Part shown: positions 56,197-64,000 of the stretch, one piece after another | Layout: the number at the start of each line of letters is the position of its first letter | How positions within the stretch are numbered: position 1 is the stretch's first letter | NCBI GenBank assembly: GCA_036556425.1 | Contig: DATBJJ010000113.1 | Span: 65,208 to 129,207, forward strand | Origin: Vicinamibacterales bacterium | GTDB taxonomy: Bacteria; Acidobacteriota; Vicinamibacteria; Vicinamibacterales; 2-12-FULL-66-21 | Reading direction: 5' to 3' | DNA: 64,000 bases | Notes under the pieces: generated by a model | Databases searched by the model: none | Told to the model about the DNA's origin: nothing | The model's input: the letters and a program-made list of their open reading frames with translations, nothing else | Position numbers and translations under genes: made by a program

Positions 56197-58656
56197 CTAC
56201 TCGGCTTTCAGCGCGATCACCGGATCGACGCGCGTCGCGCGCCACGCGGGCACGAGGCTCGCGAGCACGGCGACGAGCGACAGCGTGACGGCAACCGTCA
56301 CGAACGTGAGCGGGTCCGCGGGATCGACGTCGTGCAGGAGCATGCGCATGAACTGCGTCACGCCGAACGCGGCGACGAGGCCCACGGCGACGCCGACGAG
56401 CGCGAGCAGTAATCCCTTCGTCAGCACGAGGCGGACGACTTCGGCGCGGCCGGCGCCGATCGCCAGACGGATCCCGATCTCGCGCGTGCGGCGGCTGACG
56501 AGATACGAGAGCACGCCGTAGATGCCGATCGCCGAGAGCAGCAGCGCGATCGACGCGAACGTCGCGAGCAGGAACCCCGTGAAGCGCGGGCTCGAGGTCG
56601 TCGCGCCCACGATCTCCGCCATCGTCCGCACGTTCGCCACGGGGAGCGATGGATCGAGGGTGCGAATCTCCGCGCGAATGGGCGCGGCGAGCACCGACGG
56701 ATCGCCCGTGGTCTTCACGACGAGCGACATCGACCGGATCGGATTGCCGATCGATTTGTGCCACTGCGTGTGCGGCACGTAGAACTTCTCTTTGATGGCC
56801 TCGGTGAGCCCGTTGTGCCGCACGTCCGCGACGATCCCGACGACAGTGATCCACGGACGATTCACGCCGCCGCCGCCAATTTTCATGCGGCCGCCGATCG
56901 GATCGCGGCCCTCGAAGTACTTTCGCGCGAGCTCCTCGTTGACGAGCGCAACGAGCTGCGAGTCGCTCGTATCGGTTGCGAGGATCGTCCGGCCGCGCAC
57001 GATGCGCTCGCCGATAGCATCGAAGTAACCGTCCGTGACGATCTGCCAGTCGCCTTTCGCGCCGGTCCCCGGCGGCGGAACGTAGCCGTCGACCATCAGG
57101 CCGAAGTCGCCGATCGTGGATCCGAGCGGCAGCAGCCGCGCCGCACCGGCGGTCTGCACGCCGGGAAGCTGGCGAACGCGCTCGAGCAGCCGTTGATAGA
57201 AGACCACCACCTGCTCGGGTGACGCATAGCTTGCGGCAGGAAGCGACACTCTCATCGTCAACACGCCGGCGGGATTGAATCCGATCGGCACGCGCTGCAG
57301 CGCCCAGATGCTGCGCAGCATCAGGCCGGCGCCCACGAGCAGCACGACCGCGAGCGCCATCTCGACGACCACGAGCGCACTGCGGAAACGCTGTCGAGCG
57401 CCGCCGCTCGACGTGCTTTGACCTCCGTCTTTCAACGAATCCGTCAGATCCACGCGCAGCGCCCGGAGCGCGGGCGCCAGGCTGAAGAGCACGCTCGTGA
57501 CGAGCGCGACGACCGCGGTGAAGAGCAGCACGCGAAGATCGAGCGACGCGCCCGAGACGCGTGGAATGCTCGCGGGATTCCACCACGCGACGATCCGTAC
57601 GCCCGCGTACGCGAGCGCAAGACCAACCATGGCGCTGACGCTGGTGAGCACGAGGCTTTCCGTCAGAAGCTGGCGAAGCACGCGCAGGCTTCCCGCGCCG
57701 AGCGCGGACCGTACCGCGATCTCACGCTGCCGCGCCTCCGCGCGCGCGAGCAGCAGGTTGGCCACGTTCGCGCAGGCAATCAAGAGCAGGAACCCGACCG
57801 CGCCGAACAACAGCCACATCGACCGCCGGACCGATCCAACGACTTCATCCGTCAGCGAGAGCACGACGGTGTCGAACTGCATCTGCACCGGATACAAGCC
57901 CTCGGCCGTCATGGCTCGCGCGATGCCGTGCAGCTCGTCGGCCGCCTGGCGAACAGTCGCGCCTGGCTTCAAACGCGCCGCCGCGTAGAGCCCATGGCTG
58001 CCGTGGTCGGTCGAGGCGGGATCCATTTGAAGCGGGATCCACAACTGCGTCGGCTCGGGGTTCTGAAAGTCCGTTGGCAAGACGAAGCCCGGCGGCATGA
58101 CGCCGACAACCTCGAACGAGTTGCCATTGATCAGGATCGACCGGCCCACGATCGCTGAATCGCCGGAGTAGCGCCGGTTCCACAAGCCGAAGCCGAGCAC
58201 GACGACGCGCGGTCCCTGGGGGAGATCCTCTTGCGCGGTGAAGGTGCGTCCAACGAGGGGACGAACACCCAAGGTCGAGAAGGTATTCGCGCTGACGTTC
58301 GCGGCGGAGATGCGCTCGGGCTCGCCGTCGCCCGTGAGGTTGACCTGACCATCGCCCCACGTCGCGACTTCCTGCAGGGTCTGCGCGCGCTTGCGATAGT
58401 CGACGACCTCGCCCGTCGCGACCCAGGTCTTGTCGAACGACGTCCACTTGCTCCAGATCATCACGGCGCGATCGGCATCGCTCCAGGGCAGCGGCCGCAA
58501 GAGCACGGCATTCACGACGCTGAAGATCGCGGCGTTCGCGCCGATGCCGAGCGCCAGCGTGATGACGGCAATCGCCGCGAAGCCGGGGCTTCGGCGCAAG
58601 GTTCGTCCGCCGAACCGCAGGTCCTGCCAGAACGTCTCGAGCGTTGTGCGCTGCAT
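56197..58656 (-). CDS. ADOP-family duplicated ABC permease (2x MacB_PCD/FtsX), no ATPase domain
   Basis: 819 aa. MQRTTLETFWQDLRFGGRTLRRSPGFAAIAVITLALGIGANAAIF..., two FtsX blocks, ending ...REIGIRLAIGA...ATRVDPVIALKAE. Confidence 0.92.
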   Translation of the reverse strand: MQRTTLETFWQDLRFGGRTLRRSPGFAAIAVITLALGIGANAAIFSVVNAVLLRPLPWSDADRAVMIWSKWTSFDKTWVATGEVVDYRKRAQTLQEVATWGDGQVNLTGDGEPERISAANVSANTFSTLGVRPLVGRTFTAQEDLPQGPRVVVLGFGLWNRRYSGDSAIVGRSILINGNSFEVVGVMPPGFVLPTDFQNPEPTQLWIPLQMDPASTDHGSHGLYAAARLKPGATVRQAADELHGIARAMTAEGLYPVQMQFDTVVLSLTDEVVGSVRRSMWLLFGAVGFLLLIACANVANLLLARAEARQREIAVRSALGAGSLRVLRQLLTESLVLTSVSAMVGLALAYAGVRIVAWWNPASIPRVSGASLDLRVLLFTAVVALVTSVLFSLAPALRALRVDLTDSLKDGGQSTSSGGARQRFRSALVVVEMALAVVLLVGAGLMLRSIWALQRVPIGFNPAGVLTMRVSLPAASYASPEQVVVFYQRLLERVRQLPGVQTAGAARLLPLGSTIGDFGLMVDGYVPPPGTGAKGDWQIVTDGYFDAIGERIVRGRTILATDTSDSQLVALVNEELARKYFEGRDPIGGRMKIGGGGVNRPWITVVGIVADVRHNGLTEAIKEKFYVPHTQWHKSIGNPIRSMSLVVKTTGDPSVLAAPIRAEIRTLDPSLPVANVRTMAEIVGATTSSPRFTGFLLATFASIALLLSAIGIYGVLSYLVSRRTREIGIRLAIGAGRAEVVRLVLTKGLLLALVGVAVGLVAAFGVTQFMRMLLHDVDPADPLTFVTVAVTLSLVAVLASLVPAWRATRVDPVIALKAE

Positions 58657-58749
58657 GATGCGACCTCAGCCGCCGACAAGGAATGCGGCACGCGTTTAGA
58701 CGATGGGCGGCGCGGGATCGTTTAAGGAACTACGCTAAGATGGCAGCCC

Positions 58750-59274
58750 ATGGCGCAGGATGTGAAGCACCAGGAATTAGACCAGGATTTCAGCGAATTT
58801 CGGCCGCTGCGGTTGTGGAAGCGGATGTCGTCCGAGCAGCGCCTCGCGGCGTTGGGGCCGTTCTGGGAGGACGAGCAATCGACCGAGCAGCAGGCCGAAG
58901 CGATCGGCCTCATCGCGACGCACATGAAGTTCCGAACGAAGAGCGTCCTCGCGCTGCCGCCGGACAAGAGAATCAAGTATCTCGCGAGCCTGCCGACGAT
59001 CTCGGATGCGATCGTCGCCCGCGCGCTCATCAGCTATCACCTCGAGCATCAGCGTCCGATGATGTCCACGTTCCTCGACCTGCTCGGCATCGCCCACGAG
59101 AACGGCCTGATCTCCGAGGAGACCGTGCCAAAGCCCGATCCTGGCAAACTGAAGGCGGCGGCGAAGGCACTTGCCGAGAAGTATGCGCCGGAGGACGTGA
59201 CGCTGTATTTGTCGACGCTCGTGTCGCAGGATCCCGAAACCTGGGGCGCGCTCGCAGCCGTCGTCCATGCGTAG
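58750..59274 (+). CDS. hypothetical protein (174 aa, helical, acidic)
   Basis: ATG start and coding-like codon bias. The stop overlaps the next gene start by 8 nt. No domain recognised. Confidence 0.55.
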   Translation: MAQDVKHQELDQDFSEFRPLRLWKRMSSEQRLAALGPFWEDEQSTEQQAEAIGLIATHMKFRTKSVLALPPDKRIKYLASLPTISDAIVARALISYHLEHQRPMMSTFLDLLGIAHENGLISEETVPKPDPGKLKAAAKALAEKYAPEDVTLYLSTLVSQDPETWGALAAVVHA

Positions 59275-60166
59275 CGGCCCGCCAGCGATCCTGCTCGCCG
59301 CTGCCGTGATGATCTCAGCGATCGCGATTCCTTCCGCGCAATCGGCGCGCGCGGGCTCGAAGAAGCTCGAGACGCGGCTTCGCGCGATCATTGCTGCGAG
59401 CGGCGCCGAGGTTGCCGTCGCGTTCAAGACGCTCGACGGACGCTCGGAGACGCTGATCGATCCCGATCGCTCCTTTCACGCCGCGAGCACGATGAAGGTG
59501 CCGGTGATGATCGAGCTGTTCAAGCAGTCGGCAGCCGGTACCATCTCGCTCGACGATCCGCTCCCCATCCGCAACGAATTCCGCAGCATCGTCGACAGCA
59601 GCGCGTACACGTTGAGCGAGGGCGCCGACTCCGACAAGTTGATCTATGCGGCAATCGGCAAGACGCTCACGCTGCGGCAGCTGTGCGAGGCGATGATCAC
59701 CGTCAGCAGCAACTTCGCGGCGAACCTCCTCATCGAGAAGCTCGGCGTCGAGCACATTCGCGCGACGGTGACGTCGCTCGGCGCCGATGGAATGCAGGTG
59801 CTTCGCGGCGTCGAGGACCAGAAAGCGTTCGAGAAGAATCTGAACAACTCCACGACTGCGCGAGGGCTGCTCGTCCTCTTCGAGCGGCTCGGCAGCGGCA
59901 CCGCCGTGAGTCCCGCGGCGGACGCCGCCATGATCGAGGTCTTGAAGCGTCAGACGTTCAACGACGGAATCCCCGCGGGCCTGCCGAAGGGCATTGTCGT
60001 CGCTCACAAAACGGGCAACATCACCCGGATTCACCATGACGCCGGAATCGTGTTCGCGAAGCGTCCCTACGTCCTGGTGATTCTCGTCAGAGGGATCCAG
60101 GACATCAAGAAGAGCGCCGCGCTGATGGCGGCGATCGCGAAGGCGGTGCACGCAGCCGCCGAGTGA
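59267..60166 (+). CDS. class A beta-lactamase-related serine hydrolase, secreted
   Basis: Signal peptide. Motifs SxxK (ASTMK), SxN (SSNFAAN) and KTG (HKTGN). Confidence 0.85.
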   Translation: MRSGPPAILLAAAVMISAIAIPSAQSARAGSKKLETRLRAIIAASGAEVAVAFKTLDGRSETLIDPDRSFHAASTMKVPVMIELFKQSAAGTISLDDPLPIRNEFRSIVDSSAYTLSEGADSDKLIYAAIGKTLTLRQLCEAMITVSSNFAANLLIEKLGVEHIRATVTSLGADGMQVLRGVEDQKAFEKNLNNSTTARGLLVLFERLGSGTAVSPAADAAMIEVLKRQTFNDGIPAGLPKGIVVAHKTGNITRIHHDAGIVFAKRPYVLVILVRGIQDIKKSAALMAAIAKAVHAAAE

Positions 60167-62706
60167 TCGTAAGGCGCGTTGATGCCTATAATCAGCGCGT
60201 GCCGACTTGGGGGCGCCTGGTGGTGGCGGCGGCGGCCCTTCGGGTGATCGTTGCCATCGCCTTCTACCTCGCCGGGATCTACAACCACGAAATCGACGCT
60301 CCGCTGCCGCCCGTCGTCTATGCGGCCCTGATGGTGAGCTTCGCCTCGCTGGGACTGCTCCTCGTCATCGCGGGCAGGAACGATATCCGTGCGGTCTGGT
60401 TGGGGGGCGTGCTGCTCCTGCTCGCCGCGCCGTTGACGAGCCGATTCCTGTCGCAAACGCCGTTCGCGCTCGGGTCGTTTCTCACGCGGGTGCAAGCAGG
60501 GGCCTTCCTGCCGGCGTTCCTCTGGCGCTTCGTGTGCGAGTTCCCTTCGCCTGTCGGCCCCCAGGGACGCGTCGCCGGACGCATCATCACCGCCGCGGCC
60601 GTCGCGTTCGGAGCCGCGGCCTTCGCGGTGAATCTCTCGATCGGCATCTGGCCGGCGCCGACTGCGGAACTGGGATTGCGCACGTGGCTGGCGACCGGGC
60701 CAGGATCGCCGAGCGTCTACTGGCCCATTCTTCTCCTCGCGAGCGCCGCCGCCGCGGCCACTCTGGTCGTTCGGATGTTCCGCAGCACCGGCGACGATCG
60801 AACGCGCGTCCGCATCTTCGTCAGCGGCCTGGCCTTCGGCTTTCTGCCGCTGTTCATCGAGATCGCCATCGAGACGATGTGGCCGGCCTACGAGGAGTTC
60901 GTGCACCGCCCTGCCGTCGAATCGTGGATCGGCGTGATCCTGTTCGGGCCGCTCGCGCTGGTTCCGTTGATCACCGCGTATTCCGTTTTCTACGACCACG
61001 TCGTCGACACGCGCCTCGTCATTCGTGCGGCGATCCAGTACGCGCTCGCGAAGTACACGATCGCGGTGGCCACCGTCGTCCCGTTCGCCGCGCTCGTCAT
61101 CTATCTCTTTCAGTTCCGGACCGATCCGCTGACCACGCTGTTGTCGGGGCCGCGTCCGATGATCCTCGTCGGGGCGATCGCCGCCGGAGTCCTGTCGCTT
61201 CGATCGCGGACGAGCGTGCTCAGCGCGATCGATCGCCGCTTCTTCCGCGAGGTGTACGACGCGCATTTGCTCGTCACGAATCTCGTGAGCGGCGAGCTCG
61301 TGACGGGCTCGCCCGCGGAAATCGCCGACAAGCTCAGGAACGAAATCGATCGCACCGTGCACGCCCGCGCCGATCTCTTCATCATGGACGATGAGGGCGT
61401 GGTGCTGCAGGATCCCGCGGCCACACGCCGATCGCTGTCCGCGAGCTCCGTGCTGCTGTCGCTGGCGATGGCGGACGCGCATCCCATGGACGTGCAGCTA
61501 CGCGGTCCGTCGCCGCTGACCCGGCTGCCCGAAGCGGAGCGCACTTGGCTCGAGAGCGGCGGCTATCAGCTGTTGATGGCGATCAAGACCCGCGACGGCG
61601 CGGCGGCCGGCCTGCTCGCGCTGAGCGGCAAGCGGAGCGAGCTGCCGTTCTCGGCAACCGACCGCCGATCGATCGGCGCGCTGGCCGCTCCGCTGAGCCT
61701 CGCTATCGAGAACGATCGCCTGCGGCGCAGTCCCGATCCGACGAGCACCGGCCCGGCGCAGGAGTGCCGTGCGTGCTCGCGGCTGCACGCGGCCGGCACG
61801 ACGCAGTGCAGCTGCGGCGGCATCCTCGCCGAAGCGCCGGTGCCGCACGTGCTGCGCGGCGTCTTTCAATTGGAGAAGCGAATCGGCGCGGGCGGAATGG
61901 GCGTCGTGTATCGCGCGACCGACTTGAGCCTGAAGCGGACCGTCGCGATCAAGACTCTTCCTCGCGTGAAACGCGATCACGGCACGCAGTTGATGCGCGA
62001 GGCGCAGGCGATGGCGTCGCTGAATCACATCAATCTCGCGGTGATTTACGGCATCGAGTCCTGGCGAGGCACGCCGTTTCTCGTCGAGGAGTACCTCGCC
62101 GGCGGCACGCTGGTCGATCGCCTCCGCACCGGTCCGATGCCCGTCCGCGAAGCGCTCGATCTCGGCGCCACCTTGGCCTCGGTGGTCGGACAGTTGCACG
62201 CGGCCGGCATCATCCATTGCGACATCAAGTCGAGCAACATCGGCTTCTCGCAGAGCGGCGTGATGAAGCTGCTGGACTTCGGCATCGCGTACTTGCTTCG
62301 CGACGTCGGCGATGCGGTGACCGAAACGATCACCGACCTCGGCGAGATTCCGGGAGAGCTGTCCGTGATCCTCACGAACCGCGGCATCATCGGCACGCCG
62401 GCCTACATGTCACCCGAAGCGGCGCAAGGGTCCGCGCCGTCGCCCAGCTTCGACCTGTGGTCCTTGTCCGTCGTCTTGTTCGAGGCGATCGCCGGACGGC
62501 GGCCGTTTACCGGTCGCACGGCCGACGAAGTGCTCCTTCAGATCGCGCGGGGCGACAAGGCCGACCTCTTGGCGCTGCGGACCGATTGCCCGGTCGACGT
62601 CGCACGGTTTTTCGATCGATCGCTCGCCGTGGATGCTCGTCTCCGGCCCCGAACGGCGGTCGACCTCAGAGCCCAACTGTTAGCCTTGCAGCACGCGGTC
62701 ACGTGA
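60163..62706 (+). CDS. membrane-anchored Ser/Thr protein kinase (polytopic N-domain, GAF-like region, Cys4 zinc-ribbon-like motif, kinase)
   Basis: GTG at 60163 overlaps the previous stop (GTGA); an alternative GTG lies at 60199. About 8 hydrophobic helices in the first ~330 aa. CRACSRLHAAGTTQCSCG. Kinase motifs GAGGMGVVYRA...AIKTL, HCDIKSSNI, DFGIA and SPE. Confidence 0.85.
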   Translation: MIVRRVDAYNQRVPTWGRLVVAAAALRVIVAIAFYLAGIYNHEIDAPLPPVVYAALMVSFASLGLLLVIAGRNDIRAVWLGGVLLLLAAPLTSRFLSQTPFALGSFLTRVQAGAFLPAFLWRFVCEFPSPVGPQGRVAGRIITAAAVAFGAAAFAVNLSIGIWPAPTAELGLRTWLATGPGSPSVYWPILLLASAAAAATLVVRMFRSTGDDRTRVRIFVSGLAFGFLPLFIEIAIETMWPAYEEFVHRPAVESWIGVILFGPLALVPLITAYSVFYDHVVDTRLVIRAAIQYALAKYTIAVATVVPFAALVIYLFQFRTDPLTTLLSGPRPMILVGAIAAGVLSLRSRTSVLSAIDRRFFREVYDAHLLVTNLVSGELVTGSPAEIADKLRNEIDRTVHARADLFIMDDEGVVLQDPAATRRSLSASSVLLSLAMADAHPMDVQLRGPSPLTRLPEAERTWLESGGYQLLMAIKTRDGAAAGLLALSGKRSELPFSATDRRSIGALAAPLSLAIENDRLRRSPDPTSTGPAQECRACSRLHAAGTTQCSCGGILAEAPVPHVLRGVFQLEKRIGAGGMGVVYRATDLSLKRTVAIKTLPRVKRDHGTQLMREAQAMASLNHINLAVIYGIESWRGTPFLVEEYLAGGTLVDRLRTGPMPVREALDLGATLASVVGQLHAAGIIHCDIKSSNIGFSQSGVMKLLDFGIAYLLRDVGDAVTETITDLGEIPGELSVILTNRGIIGTPAYMSPEAAQGSAPSPSFDLWSLSVVLFEAIAGRRPFTGRTADEVLLQIARGDKADLLALRTDCPVDVARFFDRSLAVDARLRPRTAVDLRAQLLALQHAVT

Positions 62707-62757
62707 GCTAAGCTCGGCAGCCTGCGAGCTGAGCCGGACGGATGAGTCCGGGAGCTT

Positions 62758-63282
62758 ATGTCCATTCAGGATCCGGCGCGCATCCACTCCCGGGCGGCCC
62801 TCGTGCTCAAGGAGCTGCAAGGGTCGCCAGCCTGGCGAGGCGTGCTCGAAAAGGCCGCGCTGACGACGTCCCTGCCAATGCTGGTGACGAGCATCGCTCC
62901 GGTCATGGACATGGGGAGCAAGAAGCGCCTGCGGCTCCCCGACTACTACATCGTCTCGTTGGTCCACGGGGATGCGATCAAGGCGCGCTTCGCGCACCAC
63001 GCCGAGACCGGCGACTTGCTCGAAGCCGAAGGCGCCCGGAGGACGGGCGCCGCGCTCCGTCCGTACGTGGATCCAAATCCAATCGCTCGATCGGAATTGC
63101 TAGGCGCAGCGCCGAGCGCGGCGGACTCGGCGCAGCTCGCCGGGCAAGCGGTCTGGAGGCCGTGCCGCGAGTCGACGAGCCGATTCGCGCCGTTCTGGCG
63201 TTTTCAGTTCAAGGGCCGCACGTTGTACGTGCGCGCGGATGGAAAAACGTTCAGCGAGCTCACCGTCACCGGACGAGGATAG
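62758..63282 (+). CDS. hypothetical protein (174 aa)
   Basis: ATG with GGAG 4 nt upstream and strong GC3 bias. No signal peptide or domain recognised. Ends ...PFWRFQFKGRTLYVRADGKTFSELTVTGRG. Confidence 0.6.
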   Translation: MSIQDPARIHSRAALVLKELQGSPAWRGVLEKAALTTSLPMLVTSIAPVMDMGSKKRLRLPDYYIVSLVHGDAIKARFAHHAETGDLLEAEGARRTGAALRPYVDPNPIARSELLGAAPSAADSAQLAGQAVWRPCRESTSRFAPFWRFQFKGRTLYVRADGKTFSELTVTGRG

Positions 63283-63292
63283 GAGACACACG

Positions 63293-63742
63293 ATGGCGAA
63301 GAAGAAGAAGAAGAAGTCGAAGAAGGCAAAGACGTCCGGTCAACTCCTGCAAGTGGCGACGAGCTTCTCGGCGACCAAGTTCAAGGCGACCCTCGCCTCG
63401 GTCAAAGTGGCCACGAAGGCGATCGTGAAAGAAATCGTCGACGAAATGAACTTGACGCTGATGGCGGTCGGCAAATCGTTCACTCCCAACGCGCTCGACG
63501 AATGGCTTCCCAAACTGCAAACGTCGGTGATGAATAGGCTGCTGCAAGGGGGCAGCTGGTCGAACGATCGCGCGAACGTGCTCGCGGTCGCGAGCGACAT
63601 GGCCATCATCGGCGCGATCCTCACCGGCCCGTCGTCGACCGTGAACAAGGGGCGCGTGCACGCCTCGTTCCGCGCCGTGAAGGACCACGCGACGTGCCCC
63701 GGCAGCCTCGGCAGCGGCCGCTGGTGTGATTTCGATATCTAG
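63293..63742 (+). CDS. hypothetical protein with poly-Lys N-terminus (149 aa)
   Basis: AGGAG 8 nt upstream of ATG 63293. MAKKKKKKSKKAKTSG..., a hydrophobic segment VLAVASDMAIIGAILTG, and a C-terminal CPGSLGSGRWC. 10 nt after the previous stop. Confidence 0.6.
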   Translation: MAKKKKKKSKKAKTSGQLLQVATSFSATKFKATLASVKVATKAIVKEIVDEMNLTLMAVGKSFTPNALDEWLPKLQTSVMNRLLQGGSWSNDRANVLAVASDMAIIGAILTGPSSTVNKGRVHASFRAVKDHATCPGSLGSGRWCDFDI

Positions 63743-63771
63743 ACGCAGCGGCGCATTCGACGAAGAGCGAC

Positions 63772-64000
63772 GTGGCAGCCCAGGAAAAGATCCTCGACGT
63801 GACGTGGTTCGGGCAGGAGAAGCTGTACTACTGCGGTCCCGCAGTCGCGCAGATGTTCCTGAACTACGTCAAGGTCACTGTGTCGCAGGACGACTTGTGG
63901 ACCGACGTCACCAACAACACGAACGGCGTGCGTCCCGCCGATGCGCCGCCGTCCGATCACGATTTCCCGGAGCAGGTCTGCGACAACTGCGAGACGAACG
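63772..64000 (+). CDS. papain-like cysteine peptidase (C39-like domain), N-terminal fragment running off the window
   Basis: Not in the ORF track because no stop is reached. GTG at 63772 gives VAAQEKILDVTWFGQEKLYYCGPAVAQMFLNYVKV..., the Q-x5/6-(Y/N)CGP(A/T) pattern of the C39-like catalytic Cys region. The frame is open from 63730. Confidence 0.5.
   Translation, partial: MAAQEKILDVTWFGQEKLYYCGPAVAQMFLNYVKVTVSQDDLWTDVTNNTNGVRPADAPPSDHDFPEQVCDNCETN

Noticed and set aside
54041-57586. 1181-aa minus-strand ORF spanning three annotated genes
   Set aside because: It crosses the barrel gene (antisense), the MFS transporter and the ADOP permease (both out of frame), all of which have clear family signatures. 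Its product is extremely Arg-rich.
60187-60201. TATAAT hexamer (60187..60192) 6 nt upstream of an in-frame GTG (60199), suggesting a leaderless alternative start for the membrane kinase
   Set aside because: No convincing -35 or extended -10 was found. The GTG at 60163 forms a GTGA junction with the preceding gene, like many other junctions here. It is kept only as an alternative start in the feature note.

Overview
High-GC window (about two-thirds G+C by eye, not computed), densely packed with about 50 protein-coding genes. Many adjacent genes overlap by 1-8 nt at stop/start, which suggests translational coupling. The gene content looks like an Acidobacteriota-type chromosome: ADOP/MacB-like duplicated permeases, TonB-dependent receptors with carboxypeptidase-regulatory-like domains, Ser/Thr kinases with TPR tails, and several Tat-signal enzymes. 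This taxonomic call is inference. Recognisable genes include apbE, dinB, an addB/addA-like nuclease-helicase pair, metH preceded by a SahR-like ArsR-methyltransferase regulator, pepF, two cyclophilins, a DUF349 protein, a histidine kinase/OmpR-type response regulator operon fused to two amidohydrolases, and a MacB-type permease operon. I recognised no rRNA, tRNA, CRISPR array, transposase or integrase. Items worth a second look: (1) a four-gene operon with three tandem paralogous membrane-fusion proteins plus an ATPase-less MacB-type permease; (2) a co-directional string at the 3' edge (58.7-64 kb) ending in two unknown proteins and a C39-like peptidase cut by the window; (3) a dispersed family of 7-9 bp GC-rich tandem repeat arrays downstream of stop codons, one of which is a nine-tract G-quadruplex motif; (4) three 11-bp-phased TTA(A/G)C repeats in the divergent promoter next to the two-component operon; (5) two palindromic operators overlapping consensus-like promoters. 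Many very long ORFs in the track are antisense or out-of-frame shadows typical of high-GC DNA and were rejected.
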